Counted from the stretch's first letter, positions 35,168-50,387 are shown. The stretch is 64,000 bases of DNA from Octopus bimaculoides (GCF_001194135.2 NC_068987.1:96251235-96315234), one strand, 5' to 3'. Program-made: numbers and translations. The notes: a model not told the origin generated them from the sequence alone.

Positions 35168-35373
35168 TCAAATTTCAGTTATTTTATTTTCATCAGCTGT
35201 TAATTCCATATTTTGTCTTGCCAACTTCTGTTTTAGCTTCTCCTCGCTGTTAAATTTCATGATCTTGCTTATGAACAGGAAGATGAAAAATGCTACTGTC
35301 ATTAAACCACAAAGTAAGAAGAAGAGATATTCAAGATGGCCTGAATTAATGTCATCATTGCTCAGCCAGGGAT
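35168..35373 (-). CDS. SLC15A4: SLC15 terminal exon ([25 protein letters not shown]...ENKITEI*)
   Basis: 206 nt; ttatag acceptor; TGA at 35170-35168; not in the supplied ORF track. Confidence 0.94.
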
Positions 35374-38300
35374 CTATAAACGTAAAGAAAATAGTAAGAT
35401 AAATAAACGATCTGAATGTAGATTATAGGGAGATTAAATCACTATTTAATAGAAGTTAACTCTGATTCATGTATATCATTGATCATGACAGAAGTTGTCA
35501 TGGTGATACCTGCTCAGAAGCCTACACAAAGTTGTAGAAAGTGTATGGAGAAGAGTGTATAAGCTGCACACGAGTGTACAAGTGATTCAGACGTTTCCAA
35601 GGTGGCTGAAAAATTCCGAGACCTGGATTGAATTATTGCAACAGAGTGAACTTTGTAAAGGAACCCAAGTACCAACCAGGAGGTGGTGTTAAAGTGAGTG
35701 ATGAGTTAAGTCTACAGACTAAAACTCAGAATGCAAAGAGCCATTACAACTTAGTTAGAAGTCATTCTGGCTTATACTTCTGTTACGAACTATGAACCAT
35801 TTCAACTCGTGGTTACTGACCCTTTTTCATCTATTGCAACAACCAAATCTCTACTCTGATTAGAACTTTTCAGTCAGCAAGTTTTTTTAAAAAATGCATG
35901 CTTAGCTGAAATACAGAAAGCTGTAAATAATTTATAATAATAATACGAAGTCTGATCAATAAGTCTCAGGACTGTTGCCATAGTAATGAAGCTAAGGCAT
36001 GCAGAATAAAGCTGCTTGGCAAAGATTGACCTTGAACTCTTCTGTGCATGCGCCCTAAGTTTTAATGTTCTAGCTCTCTTCCGCTGTTTACAGCAGTGCT
36101 TATAAGGAAAGTGTGTAGTGTGTGATCATCACATTGACTATGACAGAGGAAGTTGTCATGGCGATACCTGCTCAAAGGCCTACGCAAAGTTGTAGAAAGT
36201 GTATGGAGAGGAGTGTATGAGCCACACACAAGTGTACGAGTGGTTCAGACGTTTCCAAGATGGCCAAAAAACGATGATATTGACGAATGTTCTGGGAGAC
36301 CCACAACTAGCAGAAATGAGAAAAACATCGCAGATGTGGGTGCAGCTGTGAGAGGAAATCTTTGAATCATCATCTGTGAGTTATCAGAGGATGAGCAGAT
36401 TAGTTATGGTTCAGTTCAGTCCATTATCACTGAAGATTTGGGTACGAGACACATGTTTGCCAAGTTTATGCAGCTGATCAAAAAGACACTTGGGTTTTAG
36501 TTGCAGCAAAATTTGATGCAGATTCTCTGCACAACTTTCTCTATCATCATCAATATGATGATTGCATGCTACACACCTTCCTTCCAAGGACTGCTGTAAA
36601 CAGCAGAAGTGAACCAGAACATTATAACTTAGTGCACATGCACAGCAGAGATCAAGGTCAATCTGTGCTGAGAAGCTTTACTCTGCATGCTTTAGCTTTG
36701 TTACTAAAGCAATAGTCCGGATACTAATTGATCAGACCACGTATATTATGAACTTAATGTATACAGTGCTCAGGTGCACTACAACTCATCAGAAAAAATA
36801 ACCAAAACTGCATGAACAGTACATAGAATATGAACAATAAGTGAACAGTGAATAAGTCTTTAAAAAAAAAAAAGTGAAGAAATGGGGGTGGGGGGCATCA
36901 AGTGTACTGTTGGAAAATTTCAGGAAGCATGGAAATTTTGAAGGATGTAATATCTCAACAACCAACAACTAATGTCTATTTTCTCTCCTTTTCCATGCTA
37001 CTCTAAGAGAAATTGTTATTCACATACACTCTGTATAACACATCTTCAATGCATTAATTGTTTATTGGAAATTAATACATAAACATTTGTACAATGTGTT
37101 TACTTCATCACAAACATTTTATTTATCTTCCTCTTTCATATTAATGCTGCTGTTTTATATTCCTTTGAAGTGCTGAGAGCATATGATCTGTTGCTTGTAT
37201 ATTGATTTGATCTGCTGTTTTATATTACTTTCTATAATAAAATGGGGAAAGAAATATGAGCAGATTCTGCTCTCATATGATTACAACAGCTAGATAGCGA
37301 TCTTGTTAGAAGAATGATAGAGGGGTGGCTGTTTAGAAGATGAGATGTCAGAGATGTTAGATGAGGAGAGACTGGGTGCAGAGTGAGTATGAACACAAAT
37401 ATAATATTTATGGACCTCAATTGCATTGAGATAGATGGGTTTTTTTTATTGTAGCAAACCACCACTCATTTCAATCTTTTGTCGCCTCCTCCATGAAACT
37501 CAACATCTTGTGTGTTGATACAAAACGACAATGGCCAGAGTAAGGGGATAAATGAACACCAGCAGATAAGGAAGAAATAGCAAGGAAATACTATACAATC
37601 ATACAAACACACACATACACATGCACACACACATGTACACACACATGTAAGGCGGTGAGCTGGCAGAAACGTTAGCATGCCAGGCGAAATGCTTAGCGGT
37701 ATTTCGTCTGCCGTTACGTTCTGAGTTCAAATTCCGCCGAGGTCGACTTTGCCTTTCATCCTTTCGGGGTCGATTAAATAAGTACCAGTTACACACTGGG
37801 GTCGATGTAATCGACTTAATCCGTTTGTCCTCTCTGTGTGTAGCTCCTTGTGGGTAGTAAAGAAATAAAATAACACACATGCTCACAGACACACACACAC
37901 ACATGCATGCATGCACATATATTTTTACAAGTCTTACCGTTCTTTGTCAGTGCATCAACAATGGCAATGACAGCTGTCGACAGAAAATTTCCCAAACCAG
38001 TTGTGAGCAGGAAAATTCCCATGACCAAACCTTTCAAAGTTTCAGGTGCTTGGGAATATGCAAATTCCAAACCTAAGGAAAAAGAAATATACAGAATATT
38101 GTCATAACATTCTGAGCAGTAACTGTTGATGAAAGGACTGAAGAAATTGGGAGAGGACACAAAACAGACAGTGTATTAGTGGTTATAAATTGTGAAGGGA
38201 GTAACCTTGTTGAATCTGTTGTCATCATAGGAGGTGACATTATTGTTGTTGTTGTTTGGTTAGTCTACATCACTCCCTAATGGGCATAGAGCTGGTTTCC

Positions 38301-40462
38301 CGGTTTCTCTGGCATATATGAGGTGTTATCAAAAAGTTCCTGGAGTAGTTCTGTAGCATGCCAACAGACGGCAGCACACGGTCATGTGTGCAATGAGAGC
38401 TAGCAGTTACCTTCATGAGGTTGTGTGCTGAATGACATCACTGTGTTTACTTCGTAAGTTGTGAAATTTGTATTTTGTGATGACATATATGCTGTAGTCT
38501 GCAATTTTTGTCATGGACAGGAAGTTGGAACAAAGTGCCAACATAAAATTTTGTGTTAAACTTGGGAAGTCTGTTACAGAGACATTGAGCATGCTTTGGC
38601 AAGCTTACAGTGATAAGGCAATGGAAGACACTTTCATCTCCATGACTGATGAAGACATGACAGAGCCACAGCTCAATCAAGAGCGTGCTCATTGTTTTTT
38701 CGAACTCCGCAGTATTGTGCATCAAGAATTCATTCCCCAAAGCCAGACCATCAGTTCTACTGTGATGTTTTGAAATGCCCAAGGGAGGACATTTGGCAAA
38801 AGTGACCAGATCTGTGGAGCACGAAGAGTTGGATTTTTCACAGCAGCTATGCACCCTATTAAGCTCTTCTCACTTGTAAGTTCCTCACTAAAAACAAAAT
38901 GGTATTGCTTCCACACCCACCCAATTTGCCAGATTTAGCACCAGCAGACTTTCATCTCTTCCCCAAGAGGAAAATGCAGCTGAAAGGTCACTGTTTTAAC
39001 ACTGTTGTCAAGATCCAGAGTGAATTGCAGAAGGCCCTCAACTTGCTTACGAAAAACGACTTCCAGGCCAGATTCCCAAAGTGGCAGGAATGCTGGGATT
39101 AGTGTATTGCTGCATTAGGTGATTATTCAAAGGAGATGGTGTTGAACCTTAGGTAAATAAGTTATTATTTTTTTTATTAAACATAACCAGTCTGGAAACT
39201 TTTTGATACCACTTTGTATATTCCTCCTTGGATGAGATGCCAATCCATTGCATGTTGTTGTTGTTTATTCCAAGATAACTCTGACTCAGCATACATATGG
39301 TCAAAAGAAATCTTGTCTGAAGTATCTCATCTCTTTGCATATCTTAGTATCAAGGTATTGAATTGTCAGCTCCATTAAAGCATCACAGTATTCATTCCAG
39401 CTCTCTGTGCTCTGAGTGAAAATCCCACTGATGTCAACTTCGTTTGTCCTTATTTTAGGACAGATAAATTAAGTACCTCTCTAATACAAGTCACTTCTTC
39501 CCTCCCTTTCTCACTCTCTCTCCCTCTTTCTTTCTCTCTCTCTCTCAGTTATTGGCTGTGATCAGACATGATGAGGGTGGTACTAGATATTACCTTATCT
39601 TATCTGATTTTTAAAAGTCCAAGACACACTATAAGTTACAACAACACCCCTACAACTTTATCAAGATTGATGACCTAAGGTAAGGCAAGGTAATATTTTG
39701 TACAACATTACCAAACTTAATAGGATTTGGTTGCTATATCTGGAAGACTGAGTGACCACATGGAGGCTTTCTACTAGAGCTACAATGAAGAGATAGAATT
39801 CATCATAATAGCAATGTAGAGGTGGTTGGTTCAAAATATGTTTCTTTTTTCTAGGAGAAGCCAGATCTAGCAATATATCCACTTCAAAGTTTATCAATTG
39901 TGAAGTGTGGCTTAAGTAAAATGTAGAAGTGAGAGAAGCAAGTGAAACAAATAAACGTTAATGTTTTGGTGAAGGTTGCATGTTCTCAGCAAGTGTTCAG
40001 AAGAACAACGACTGTTGTATTATTAGTTACAGAAATAGTGAGTGGACACAGATAAAAGGTATGGTGATGGACATTTTAAATTGTTTGATAGTGATGAAGA
40101 ATAATTAATCCATTGAATATGATCTAGAACACATGTGTATGTGCAATAAGGAGAAATAAAAAGCAATAAATAAATAGATATAAAAAAAGACATTAAACAA
40201 GTAACAAATTTATATATTTTTTTTACCTGTGACACTGGTAAATACTTCACTAGAACCAATGAGTGCAAACTGTGGAATCTGGGCAAATATAGAAACACGA
40301 GAAGCATTGTAAGGTTTATTGGCCAAGATCTGTACTACACCTCCATGTTGCCTCAATTCTTTTACTCGGTATATTTCCACAATTCCAGCTACAGCCACTG
40401 ATAGTGCAGATAGTACTAATCCAAACCCTAGAGAAGAGAGATGAAGAAATAATAATGAATAT

Positions 40463-40493
<31 letters not shown>

Positions 40494-40828
40494 ATTGAAG
40501 GCACATAGCTAAGTGGTTAAGGTACTTGGCTCACAATTGTGAGGTCCTGAGTTTGATACCTGGGAGCGCATTGTCTCCTTGAGCAAGAAACTTTATTTCA
40601 CATTACTCCAGTCCGCTCAGCTGGCAAAAATGAGTAGTATCCGTATTTCAAAGGACCAGCCTTGTCACATTCTGTGTCACACTGAATCTCCCTCAGAGCT
40701 ACATTAAGGGTACATGTGTCTGTGGAGTGCTCAGCCACTTGCATGTAAATTTCCCAAGTAGGCTGTTCCATTGATTGTATCAACTGGAACACCTGTCATA
40801 ACCAACAGACTGTCAGGTAGTTAGTTAG

Positions 40829-40865
<37 letters not shown>

Positions 40866-41008
40866 TTAACAATGTGGCTCTTTGCACCCTTGGCAGTGGG
40901 TGTTTATTGTGCAAACTGGATGCAGATCCACAATATCATTCAAGGGAACACTTTATTATATTATGTTGGCATAGATCATATATATTACACACACACACAC
41001 ACACACGT

Positions 41009-41054
<46 letters not shown>

Positions 41055-41347
41055 AATCAAAGTGAGAAATGGAAATGGTTAACTGTGTGTAATCAAGTAC
41101 ATGAAGATGCATCTTTGGGCTTGTATATATCAAAGTAAGGTGAAGCAAATGTTAATTCCCCACACTGTAATGAGGATGAGCACTGATATGATGAGAGCCA
41201 ACATTTATATTCATGTTACTGTTGGCCAGTATGCCAAGGCATATCTATGCTCATGAAGGCAGGAGCAAAAATTTCGCTTCTAAAATTTATGTAGGCTTCT
41301 GGGGTAAGAGAGTTCTTCAATAGGAAATTTTTTGATATACACACATG

Positions 41348-41411
<64 letters not shown>

Positions 41412-44400
41412 CTTCCTCAATAAATTCTGTTCCATGCAAGTATGGAAAAATGAACTTTGATGATGCGAATGATGATGATAACGATGACGATGATATACAC
41501 TTGATCACTTGATCAGGGCTGACTTGAAGCATATCAAGAGCAACAGCAACAGAAACAGTTATTTACCAATACGTTGCAGCGGTGTTGGATTTTTGCCAAT
41601 CTTCTGGAGATATTTGTAGACAAAGTCTAGGATAGGAATCAGAATTAGAATGATGACCACATTGAAGACATTTAATACTGCAACTGGCATCGGAGCACCA
41701 TTGATGGAAATGTCCATAACAGTTCCTTGTAGGAAATATGTGGAAGACATCTGAAATTGAAAATAATAGAAAGGATAATATAGTCAGTACTTGTAGAACC
41801 TTTTATGACTCCTGTGCATCTTTCTCATATGAACAATACACTCTGTAATAATCTTCCTATTATCTTCCTGCCTACACCTTTCCTACAAATCAAGTAGGGC
41901 CACTTACCTGAAGTGGGTATGGTCTTGTTTGTTTTGTTGCTTATTAAAATCTTAGTCATTGCTAAATTAACCTTAAGGCCTTTAGATTCCAGGTTTTGCT
42001 TCCACGCCTGGAATTTCTTTTCTAGCTCTGATATAGAATCTGCTATGATGGCAAGATCATCAGCATATAGTAGTTTCTAGGGGCTGCCAGTCTTGAATTC
42101 CACTGTTATGGCCTGGGGAACAATGAGGAAAAGGAAGAAACTGAAGACTGAGTTTTGATGAACTCCTATGTACATCAAATTCTTCACTGTACTTGTGGTT
42201 AACTCTCACCTTACTGCCAGTGTCTCTGCACATGGTCTGTACAGCTTTCACAAGCCACTTGTCTACTCCTAGCCTCCTCAGAGCCCCCCATTATGTCATA
42301 CAGTAAGGTATTTTATCAAAGACTTTCTCTAGATCAACAAATGCCAAGTTTAATTGTCCATTCTCTTGTAGTTGCTTGACTATGAAAATAATATCAGTAG
42401 TGCTTCTTCCTGGGTTGAAGCCAAACTGAATTTCATCTGGTCTACTTCTGCTCCTAATTAATTGGGCTATAACTCTATCCATAATTTTCATCATCTGGTC
42501 CAGGAGTTTGATGCCTCTATAATTGCTTCTATCTTAGGCAACTCCCTTACCCTTGTAGTAGCTAACAATAATGCTACTACCTTAGTCACTGGGTATTACA
42601 CCTTCTTGAATATCCTGATTAACTATGTGGGTGACTAGCCCATATTCTACCTTACCAGACATTTTGAGCATCTCAGGAGTGACTCCAGATGGACCAGGGG
42701 CTTTCCCAGTTTCATATCTTTAATTGCCTTATCTACCATATCCACTAGGATAGCCGGTCTCTTTGTTAGGTTCACATGAGGGAGACTCCTTTTATCCCAT
42801 TCATTCTCCACATTCAATATATATAATAATCATCATCATATAAAATCCACTTTCCATGCTGGGATGGGTTGGATGGTTTGACAGAGGCTGACTAGCTGTT
42901 TTGGCATGATTTCTATAGCTGGATGCCCTTCCTAATGCCTATATATATAATAATAATTCAGTTACAGATGAGAGGTAAAATGGTTTTACATGTAAGGTAG
43001 TCATATTGCAGAATCATGGGATGTGGGCTCATATCAGCTGCAGGAAGTTTGATGTGTTTGTGCACAACATACTTCGGTAATGATTATAAGTTACTTTCAA
43101 AGGATCATGAATGTTGCAGATATACAAGATATACACATCTAGAAATCTTATGGAGCAAGAGTTTTGAGGAGATGATTTCTCTAATGAAAACACAAACATA
43201 TCTTTATCTGAAGGATGTCTGTCATGAAAAAAAAATCTCTGAAATGTTTCTCCTGGTAATTATTTTATCAAAATTCCAGATAGAATAACCCTGTATAGGA
43301 TTTGAATTCAGAGATGATTAATATAATGCAAAGACTAATGTGTTGGAGTATCTCAAGCAACATGGTTAGAATATCATATGATGACAGGGTAACACCATTA
43401 GTAGGAGAAATTATGAAGCTAAGGAAATAAAATAGATTTAAATGAAATAAAACAAGGAAATACAGTAAAGAGTACTAGAGTACAAGGAGGTGTGAGGAGG
43501 TTTAATTGTCACAATAAATTTAGTCAGGATATAACTAGGATATAAAAGTTCTAAAGTTTCATGAATATAAGGTATTAGTAGATATAAAACCTTTTATATA
43601 TCTTTAATCGTTTGTATTCATGAACCTTTAAAACTTTTATGTCCCTAAATCTATCATGAAAATTAAATCACCTCCTACCTCCTTGGTCTCTACTATTTTT
43701 TATTTTTTACTTTGTTTTATTTTGTTTCATTTTATTTAAATTTATTTTATTTCACCCTCCTCCTTTACATTCCTAATTTCTTCTACTAATGGCACTACTC
43801 TGTTATCTTACTCTACAAAGACTTAACTTCACTTAAACACTTATTATTGTTGTAGCATGAATTGCACCATGGCTTAAGTGAAGTTAGCAGTCTTTGTGTG
43901 TTTTTGAGTGGCTAATACATGTCTTCCATATTGCAATCATTTTAGTTGCAGCATGATGATGATGATGATGATGATGATATGGTCTCAGGTCAAATCACAT
44001 ACCTGACAAGTACACCTCTGAAATAATATAATACAGTGTTAATTTAACTGACTAGTTTCTTACTTTGTCACAAGGCTATATTCATGGAGGTATAGTTTGA
44101 AGAAATAACCTTAGTACATAACATAATTATTTTATTGACTCCTGAAGGGATGAGAGACAAACGTGGTCCAGGCACAGCATTTAAATTCAAATCAAGGGGC
44201 AAAACTAAAATACCACAAGATTTTTTAGTCTTTTTTAACCTAGTGTGCTACCTACCATTCCTGCCAATTTCCAACTCAATTCCCACAAGATAACAATGCA
44301 GAAAATATCAAAGAGAAATAAAATATAAGCATAGTGTTCTACTAACTTGGGAATAAATCGCCCAATAAAAGATGATAGCAATAAACACAGGTAAAACTTT

Positions 44401-44634
44401 CAAAGAACTCAAGACTCCTTCAACAGTTTCAGCATCAAATGATCCCCCATTGTCCATCTTGGCTCCATCAAGGCTACTGATTTTCTTGCCCATAGCTTTT
44501 GCTTGGTCCTTCACCAATTTATGTCTTTTGATTCCTTCCCGGATTATTTTAGCACTCTGTGAGAGGGCGCTACCTGCAAATGAAACATAAAAATTAAACA
44601 AATACAGAATTCCTAATGATATATATACATACAT

Positions 44635-44690
<56 letters not shown>

Positions 44691-44725
44691 ATATGTATAC
44701 ATACATATATATATATATGTATATG

Positions 44726-44756
<31 letters not shown>

Positions 44757-44816
44757 ATATTAATATATAGTATGTGTATATATACATTAATATATATATA
44801 TATATATATTCATATA

Positions 44817-44862
<46 letters not shown>

Positions 44863-45503
44863 AGATTTGATCAATAAGTATCCAGACCGTTGCCATAGTA
44901 ACAAAGCTAAAGTGCTCAGAGTGAAGTTCCTCGGCAAAGATTGACCTTGAACTCTGCTGTGCATGTGCACTAAGTTTTAACATTCTAGTTCACTCTCACT
45001 GTTCCCTCCCAGCAGTGCTTGGAAGGAAAGTATGTAGTTTGTGATTGTTGCATTGACCATGACAGAAGAAGTTGTCATGGCGATACCTGCTCAGAAGCCT
45101 ACACAAAGTTGCAGAAAGTGTTTTGAATGGAGTGTATAAGCCGCACAGAGGTGCACAAGTAATTCAGACGTTTCCAAGATGGCTGAAAAAATATCAATAT
45201 TGATGAACATTCTGAAAGACCTGCAACCAGCAGAAATGAGAAAAACATTGCAGATATACGTGCAACTATGAGGGAAAATTGTCACATCACCATCCGTGAG
45301 TTATCAGAGGATGTGTGGATTAGTTACGGTTCAGTTTAGTCCATTATCACTGAAGATTTAGGTATGAGATATGTGTCTGCCAAAACTGCTTTCTTGGAGA
45401 CAGGTGGGAGTTAGTAACAGGAAGGGCATCTGGCTATAGAAAATCTGTGGTGACCTATGCAAGCTTGGATTAATGGCTCTTTATAAAGTAACGATGATAT
45501 ATG

Positions 45504-45539
<36 letters not shown>

Positions 45540-47780
45540 ATACATGTGTGTGTGTACATGCACTTATGTGTTTAGACAAAACAGTATATGGCTTGCCTAT
45601 GCTGTTCACTTATTGATCACATATTTCCTTTGAATTTTCAATCACCAAACATATCAGAAAAGAAAGACATTATTCTTTCAATATTTGTAAGGTGTTAGTA
45701 GTAGTAGTAGTAGTAGTAGTAGTAGCAGCTGTGGTAGTGATGGTGGTGGTGGTGGTGGTGGTGGTGGTGGTGGTGGTTGTGATGGTGTCAGCAATGGTGG
45801 CAGTGGTGGCAGCGGCATTGGTGGTGATCACCATTCTTATAATTGTCATCATCATTGAAATCATTAACGTTGTCATCATGGTTGTCGTTGTCATTGTTGT
45901 TGTAGTTGTAGTAGCAGCAGCAGCAACTTGTATCGACAGTAGAGTTATAGAAGTTATAATCATGAACTGAAGGGGAAGGTGAAGAAATGGATTAGGAGCA
46001 GGGGTCAGAGGAAGAAACAAATAAGGGAAGAGAAGGCGGAAATGGAAGCAAAGTCTGCTTCCAGACTCATGATGCTGGAAATTATCTGAATTTTCAAGGT
46101 ATTTAGTCTGAGAATACATTACATCTTGGATGGGATGCTAATCTGTTATAGAGTTAACCTCCAAGTACCACTGGTACTCATTTTCAGTTGGGTGTAACTG
46201 GAGCAATGTGAAATGGAGTGCCTTGCTGAAAGACACAATGTGCTACCCCTTTCAAGAATAGAACCTGGGATCTAATGACGATGAGTCCAACATTCTAACC
46301 ATCATATGTTCTTATAGAAGAAGTAGAGGAGAATAGGTAGAATGTTAGCATAGTATTAGAGGGACAAGTAAGCAGGTAGTGTAGAGGAGGATTAATTATT
46401 ATAATTAGCTTAGAATTAAAAGCATTAGCAATAGTAAGGATATCAGCCTAATTGCTCCCAGCAAGTAGTATTTGTAGAACTTACCTGTTGGGTAAGAGTG
46501 CTTATAAATGCTACGTCCAGAGGCCAGTGCAACCATTGCAAACAACATACTGATAAATGGAATTAAATAACCAATTTCAAAAGAAATATTCTGCTGCACT
46601 AAGGCCACACATGAGTATGCAATAAGTGCACCAACATTGATGAACCAGTAGAACCTGAAATATAAGAACAGAACTAACTAATATTAGGTTTCTTCATATA
46701 CTGTATTTGCTAGCATTTAAGACACTTCTTGCATGAAGTGCTCTTCCATTTTACAAGTATAGTTTGCAGAAAAACAAATTCCATGTTTCATCATACACTA
46801 ACTGAAAAATATTCTTGACTGATGTTTTAGAGATAAAATGTATGATTCTGTGCATATGAATGCTGTGGTAGTAAATTGGAATATAGTATGAAACCATAAA
46901 TTTACCGTAAATGAAGTTATATGAGTACTGTATTTTCAACTTTATCATTATATAGTTGTATATATTTTGGTCAAAAGACTTGTCACACACAATATGAAAC
47001 TTATATGTCTGGCTATGATGTTTTTGTAACTATGATCGATCCTCCACCTAAGGTGGAGCCCCAGACTATGATTTTGTTGTCATCTGCTCATTGCAAGTAG
47101 CTTGCAAGCAGATGAGAGTTTAAATTTCTTTTCATTTTTTCAGGGAAATTTTTCATTAGGGCAATTAAAAAAAAATTTCCTAAAGGTAACACAGCCATTA
47201 AATGATGTAATACATTTAAGATGCAGGTTATGTATGCTTGAGAAATAGTGCACTGATACAATTTGACTCCCCCACTTAACTACTGATGTGCTGTAAGCAA
47301 TTTTTCATGACTTTTTACAAATAGTCTGTGATATTTTGGTTTCTTTTCAATCTTATATGATATATAACAACTATTGTGCCTTATGGTTATATGCTCATCT
47401 GACTTCCTAGCATACAGTTCTAGGTCTCCCATCTTTGACATGGCTGGATTCAACGGAGGGAAAGTTTTTGATACATTTAGTAAGAACAAGATCATTATAT
47501 ATGCTGACAAATATGAAAATTTATTTTGCCTTGATTATTCTCAAATAGCTTTGTTCATCAATATTTTCCCTTCAACATTTGTTTGTTGCACAGTTTATCT
47601 TTCACACAAGGGATTTGATAGTCAATTATACTGATCCCTGAATTTATTTCAGGTTGGTAGTAATTATATCAAATTGATAAGCTACTGGTATTAAAAATAA
47701 AGGCATACAATACATCAGTGTACTCTGTAAGCTCATTGGTGGTGAATATAAATACAGCACAACTACACAAACACACAATT

Positions 47781-47835
<55 letters not shown>

Positions 47836-50387
47836 AGAGTAAGACTGGAGGAAAAATTTAGAGAATTATTGCCTCCGTTGGCAAAAAAGGGGTTCTGCTC
47901 TCAGGGTGGAGGACAGGTTGTATGATGTTTGTGTACAAAGAGTGGTGCTGCACCATTGTGGGACATGGACCTTGAATGCAGAAGATTTGTGACTGCTACA
48001 AAGAAATAGAATAAACATGCTCCGCTGTATGTATAATGTTAGAATGAATGAGGGAGCACAAATGAACCAAGAGGAAAACTATATATAAGAGGAATCAGAT
48101 CTAGTGTGTAAGACAGAAGACTGCATTAGTGTAGGTGACACATATAGAGAATGTTAACTGTATAAAGAAATGCCAAGTCAATGGAACCTGTAGAAAATAG
48201 AAACCAAAGAAGACAAAGGATGAAACGGTGAAAGAAGGTCTCAAGAAACAGAACCTAATGAAGGAGACAGTAAAAATTGGTGACATATGGTTCTGAAGAA
48301 GACCATTGCACCAGTGTAAACATAACAAAAATGATTGCTAAAATATTCAGTGTGGTGATAGAAGTTATGATATATGATATATTTACATTGTGAAGGTGCG
48401 TGGTTTAGTGATTAGGTTATTCAGCTCATGATTATAAGGACATGAGTTCAATTCCTGGCAACACATTGCATCCTTGAGCAAGACACTTTATTTCACGTTG
48501 CTCCAGTTCACTCAGCTGCCAAAAATGAGTTGTGCCTGTATTTCAAAGGGCCAGCTTTATCACGCTCTGTGTCACTCTGAATCTCCCTGAGAACTACACT
48601 AATGGTACATGTGTCTGTGGAGTGCTCAGCCACATGCATGTTAATTTCATGAGCCAGCTTTTCCATTGATCAGATCAACTGGAACCCTCTTTGTCGTAAT
48701 TGACGGAGAACCGGTTATATTTACATTGAGTCTTTTGTTCATTGTATTCCTATTAACTCTCCATCATATATTACACTGTCATCACTTGCCCCCAGTTCTT
48801 CATACTGTACCTATATAAAAAGAGATGGTAGTTAATCTATCTGTAAGCAATTCTACCACTATTACACACTTCACCCTTCTTCTCTTCCACCATCACCAGG
48901 AAAACTTCATTGCCTCAGTCAACAGATTTCAATAACTACTAGAATCTAGCACACCAAGTGAAATGCTTAACGGTATTTCATCTGTCTTTACATTCTGAGT
49001 TGAAATTCCGCCGAGGTTGACTTTGCCTTTCATCCTGTCGGGGTTGATAAATTAAGTACCATTTGTGTACTGCGTTGATCTAATCAACTGGTCCCCTCCC
49101 TCAAAACTTTGGGCCTTATGCCTTGAGTAGAGAAGAAAAACTACTAAAATCTACACATAGGTGTAGGAGTGGCTGTGTGGTAAGTAGCTTGCTTACCAAC
49201 CAAATGGTTCTGGGTTCAGTCCCGCTGTGTGGCACCTTGGGCAAGTGTCTTCTACTATAGCCTTGGGCTGACCAAAGCCTTGTGAGTGGATTTGGTAGAC
49301 GGAAACTGAAAGAAGCCCGTCGTATATATGTATATATATATATATTTGTATGTGCGTGTATATGTTTGTGTGTCTGTGTTTTTCTCCACAACATCGCTTG
49401 ACAATTGATGCTGGTGTGTTTACATACCTGTAACTTAGCGGTTCAGCAAAAGGGAATGATAGAATAAGTACTAGGCATACAAAGAATAAGTCCTGGGGTC
49501 GATTTGCTCAACTAAAGGTGGTGCTCCAGCATGGCCACAGTCAAATAACTTAAACAAGTAAAAGAGTAAAAGAATGTGTTGAGTTTTTGATTCAGTCAAT
49601 GTTCACTGCTTTTATGTGTTTGAAAACACTTATCTTTCATGGATTCTTTTAGTGCAAAAGTATTAAAAGTAGCTGTGAAATAGACTATAGATTATATATA
49701 TATATTATATATTATCTATATAATCTGTATATAGATTACATAGATTATCCTAAATGTCCAAAGAGCTTGCTATAAGTAGTTGAAAACTATATATATATAT
49801 ATATATAATAATATTATTAGGGACAAAATCCAAAATTACAGGTAAAAAACTCAATTAAAATCAATTTATAAAAAATTAAATTGAGCCTTATAGATAAAGT
49901 ATATATAAAATATATATAGTTTTAGGGAAAATAACCAATTTTCAAGAACTCATCGATGAAAATCCACTATCACATATAGAAAAATTAATAATTAAAAGCA
50001 CAATAAATGAGTATAATATAAAGTAAAGTAAATATCATAAGATAAATATAATATTATATTATATTATATTTATCTTATGATATTTACTTTACTTNNNNNN
50101 NNNNNNNNNNNNNNNNNNNNNNNNNNNNNNNNNNNNNNNNNNNNNNNNNNNNNNNNNNNNNNNNNNNNNNNNNNNNNNNNNNNNNNNNNNNNNNNNNNNN
50201 NNNNNNNNNNNNNNNNNNNNNNNNNNNNNNNNNNNNNNNNNNNNNNNNNNNNNNNNNNNNNNNNNNNNNNNNNNNNNNNNNNNNNNNNNNNNNNNNNNNN
50301 NNNNNNNNNNNNNNNNNNNNNNNNNNNNNNNNNNNNNNNNNNNNNNNNNNNNNNNNNNNNNNNNNNNNNNNNNNNNNNNNNNNNNNN

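Noticed and set aside
37466-37678. Hydrophobic ORF ([11 protein letters not shown]...) as the SLC15 last exon
   Set aside because: No suitable acceptor or phase; the true terminal exon with [10 protein letters not shown] is at 35168-35373
44308-44970. 220-aa ORF as a single-exon gene
   Set aside because: Only 44347-44573 is a real SLC15 exon; the rest is (TA)/(TG) repeat and mariner sequence
45670-46119. Poly-Thr and poly-Val ORFs (also 51161-51409, 17086-17289)
   Set aside because: Translations of trinucleotide microsatellites with no splice or homology support
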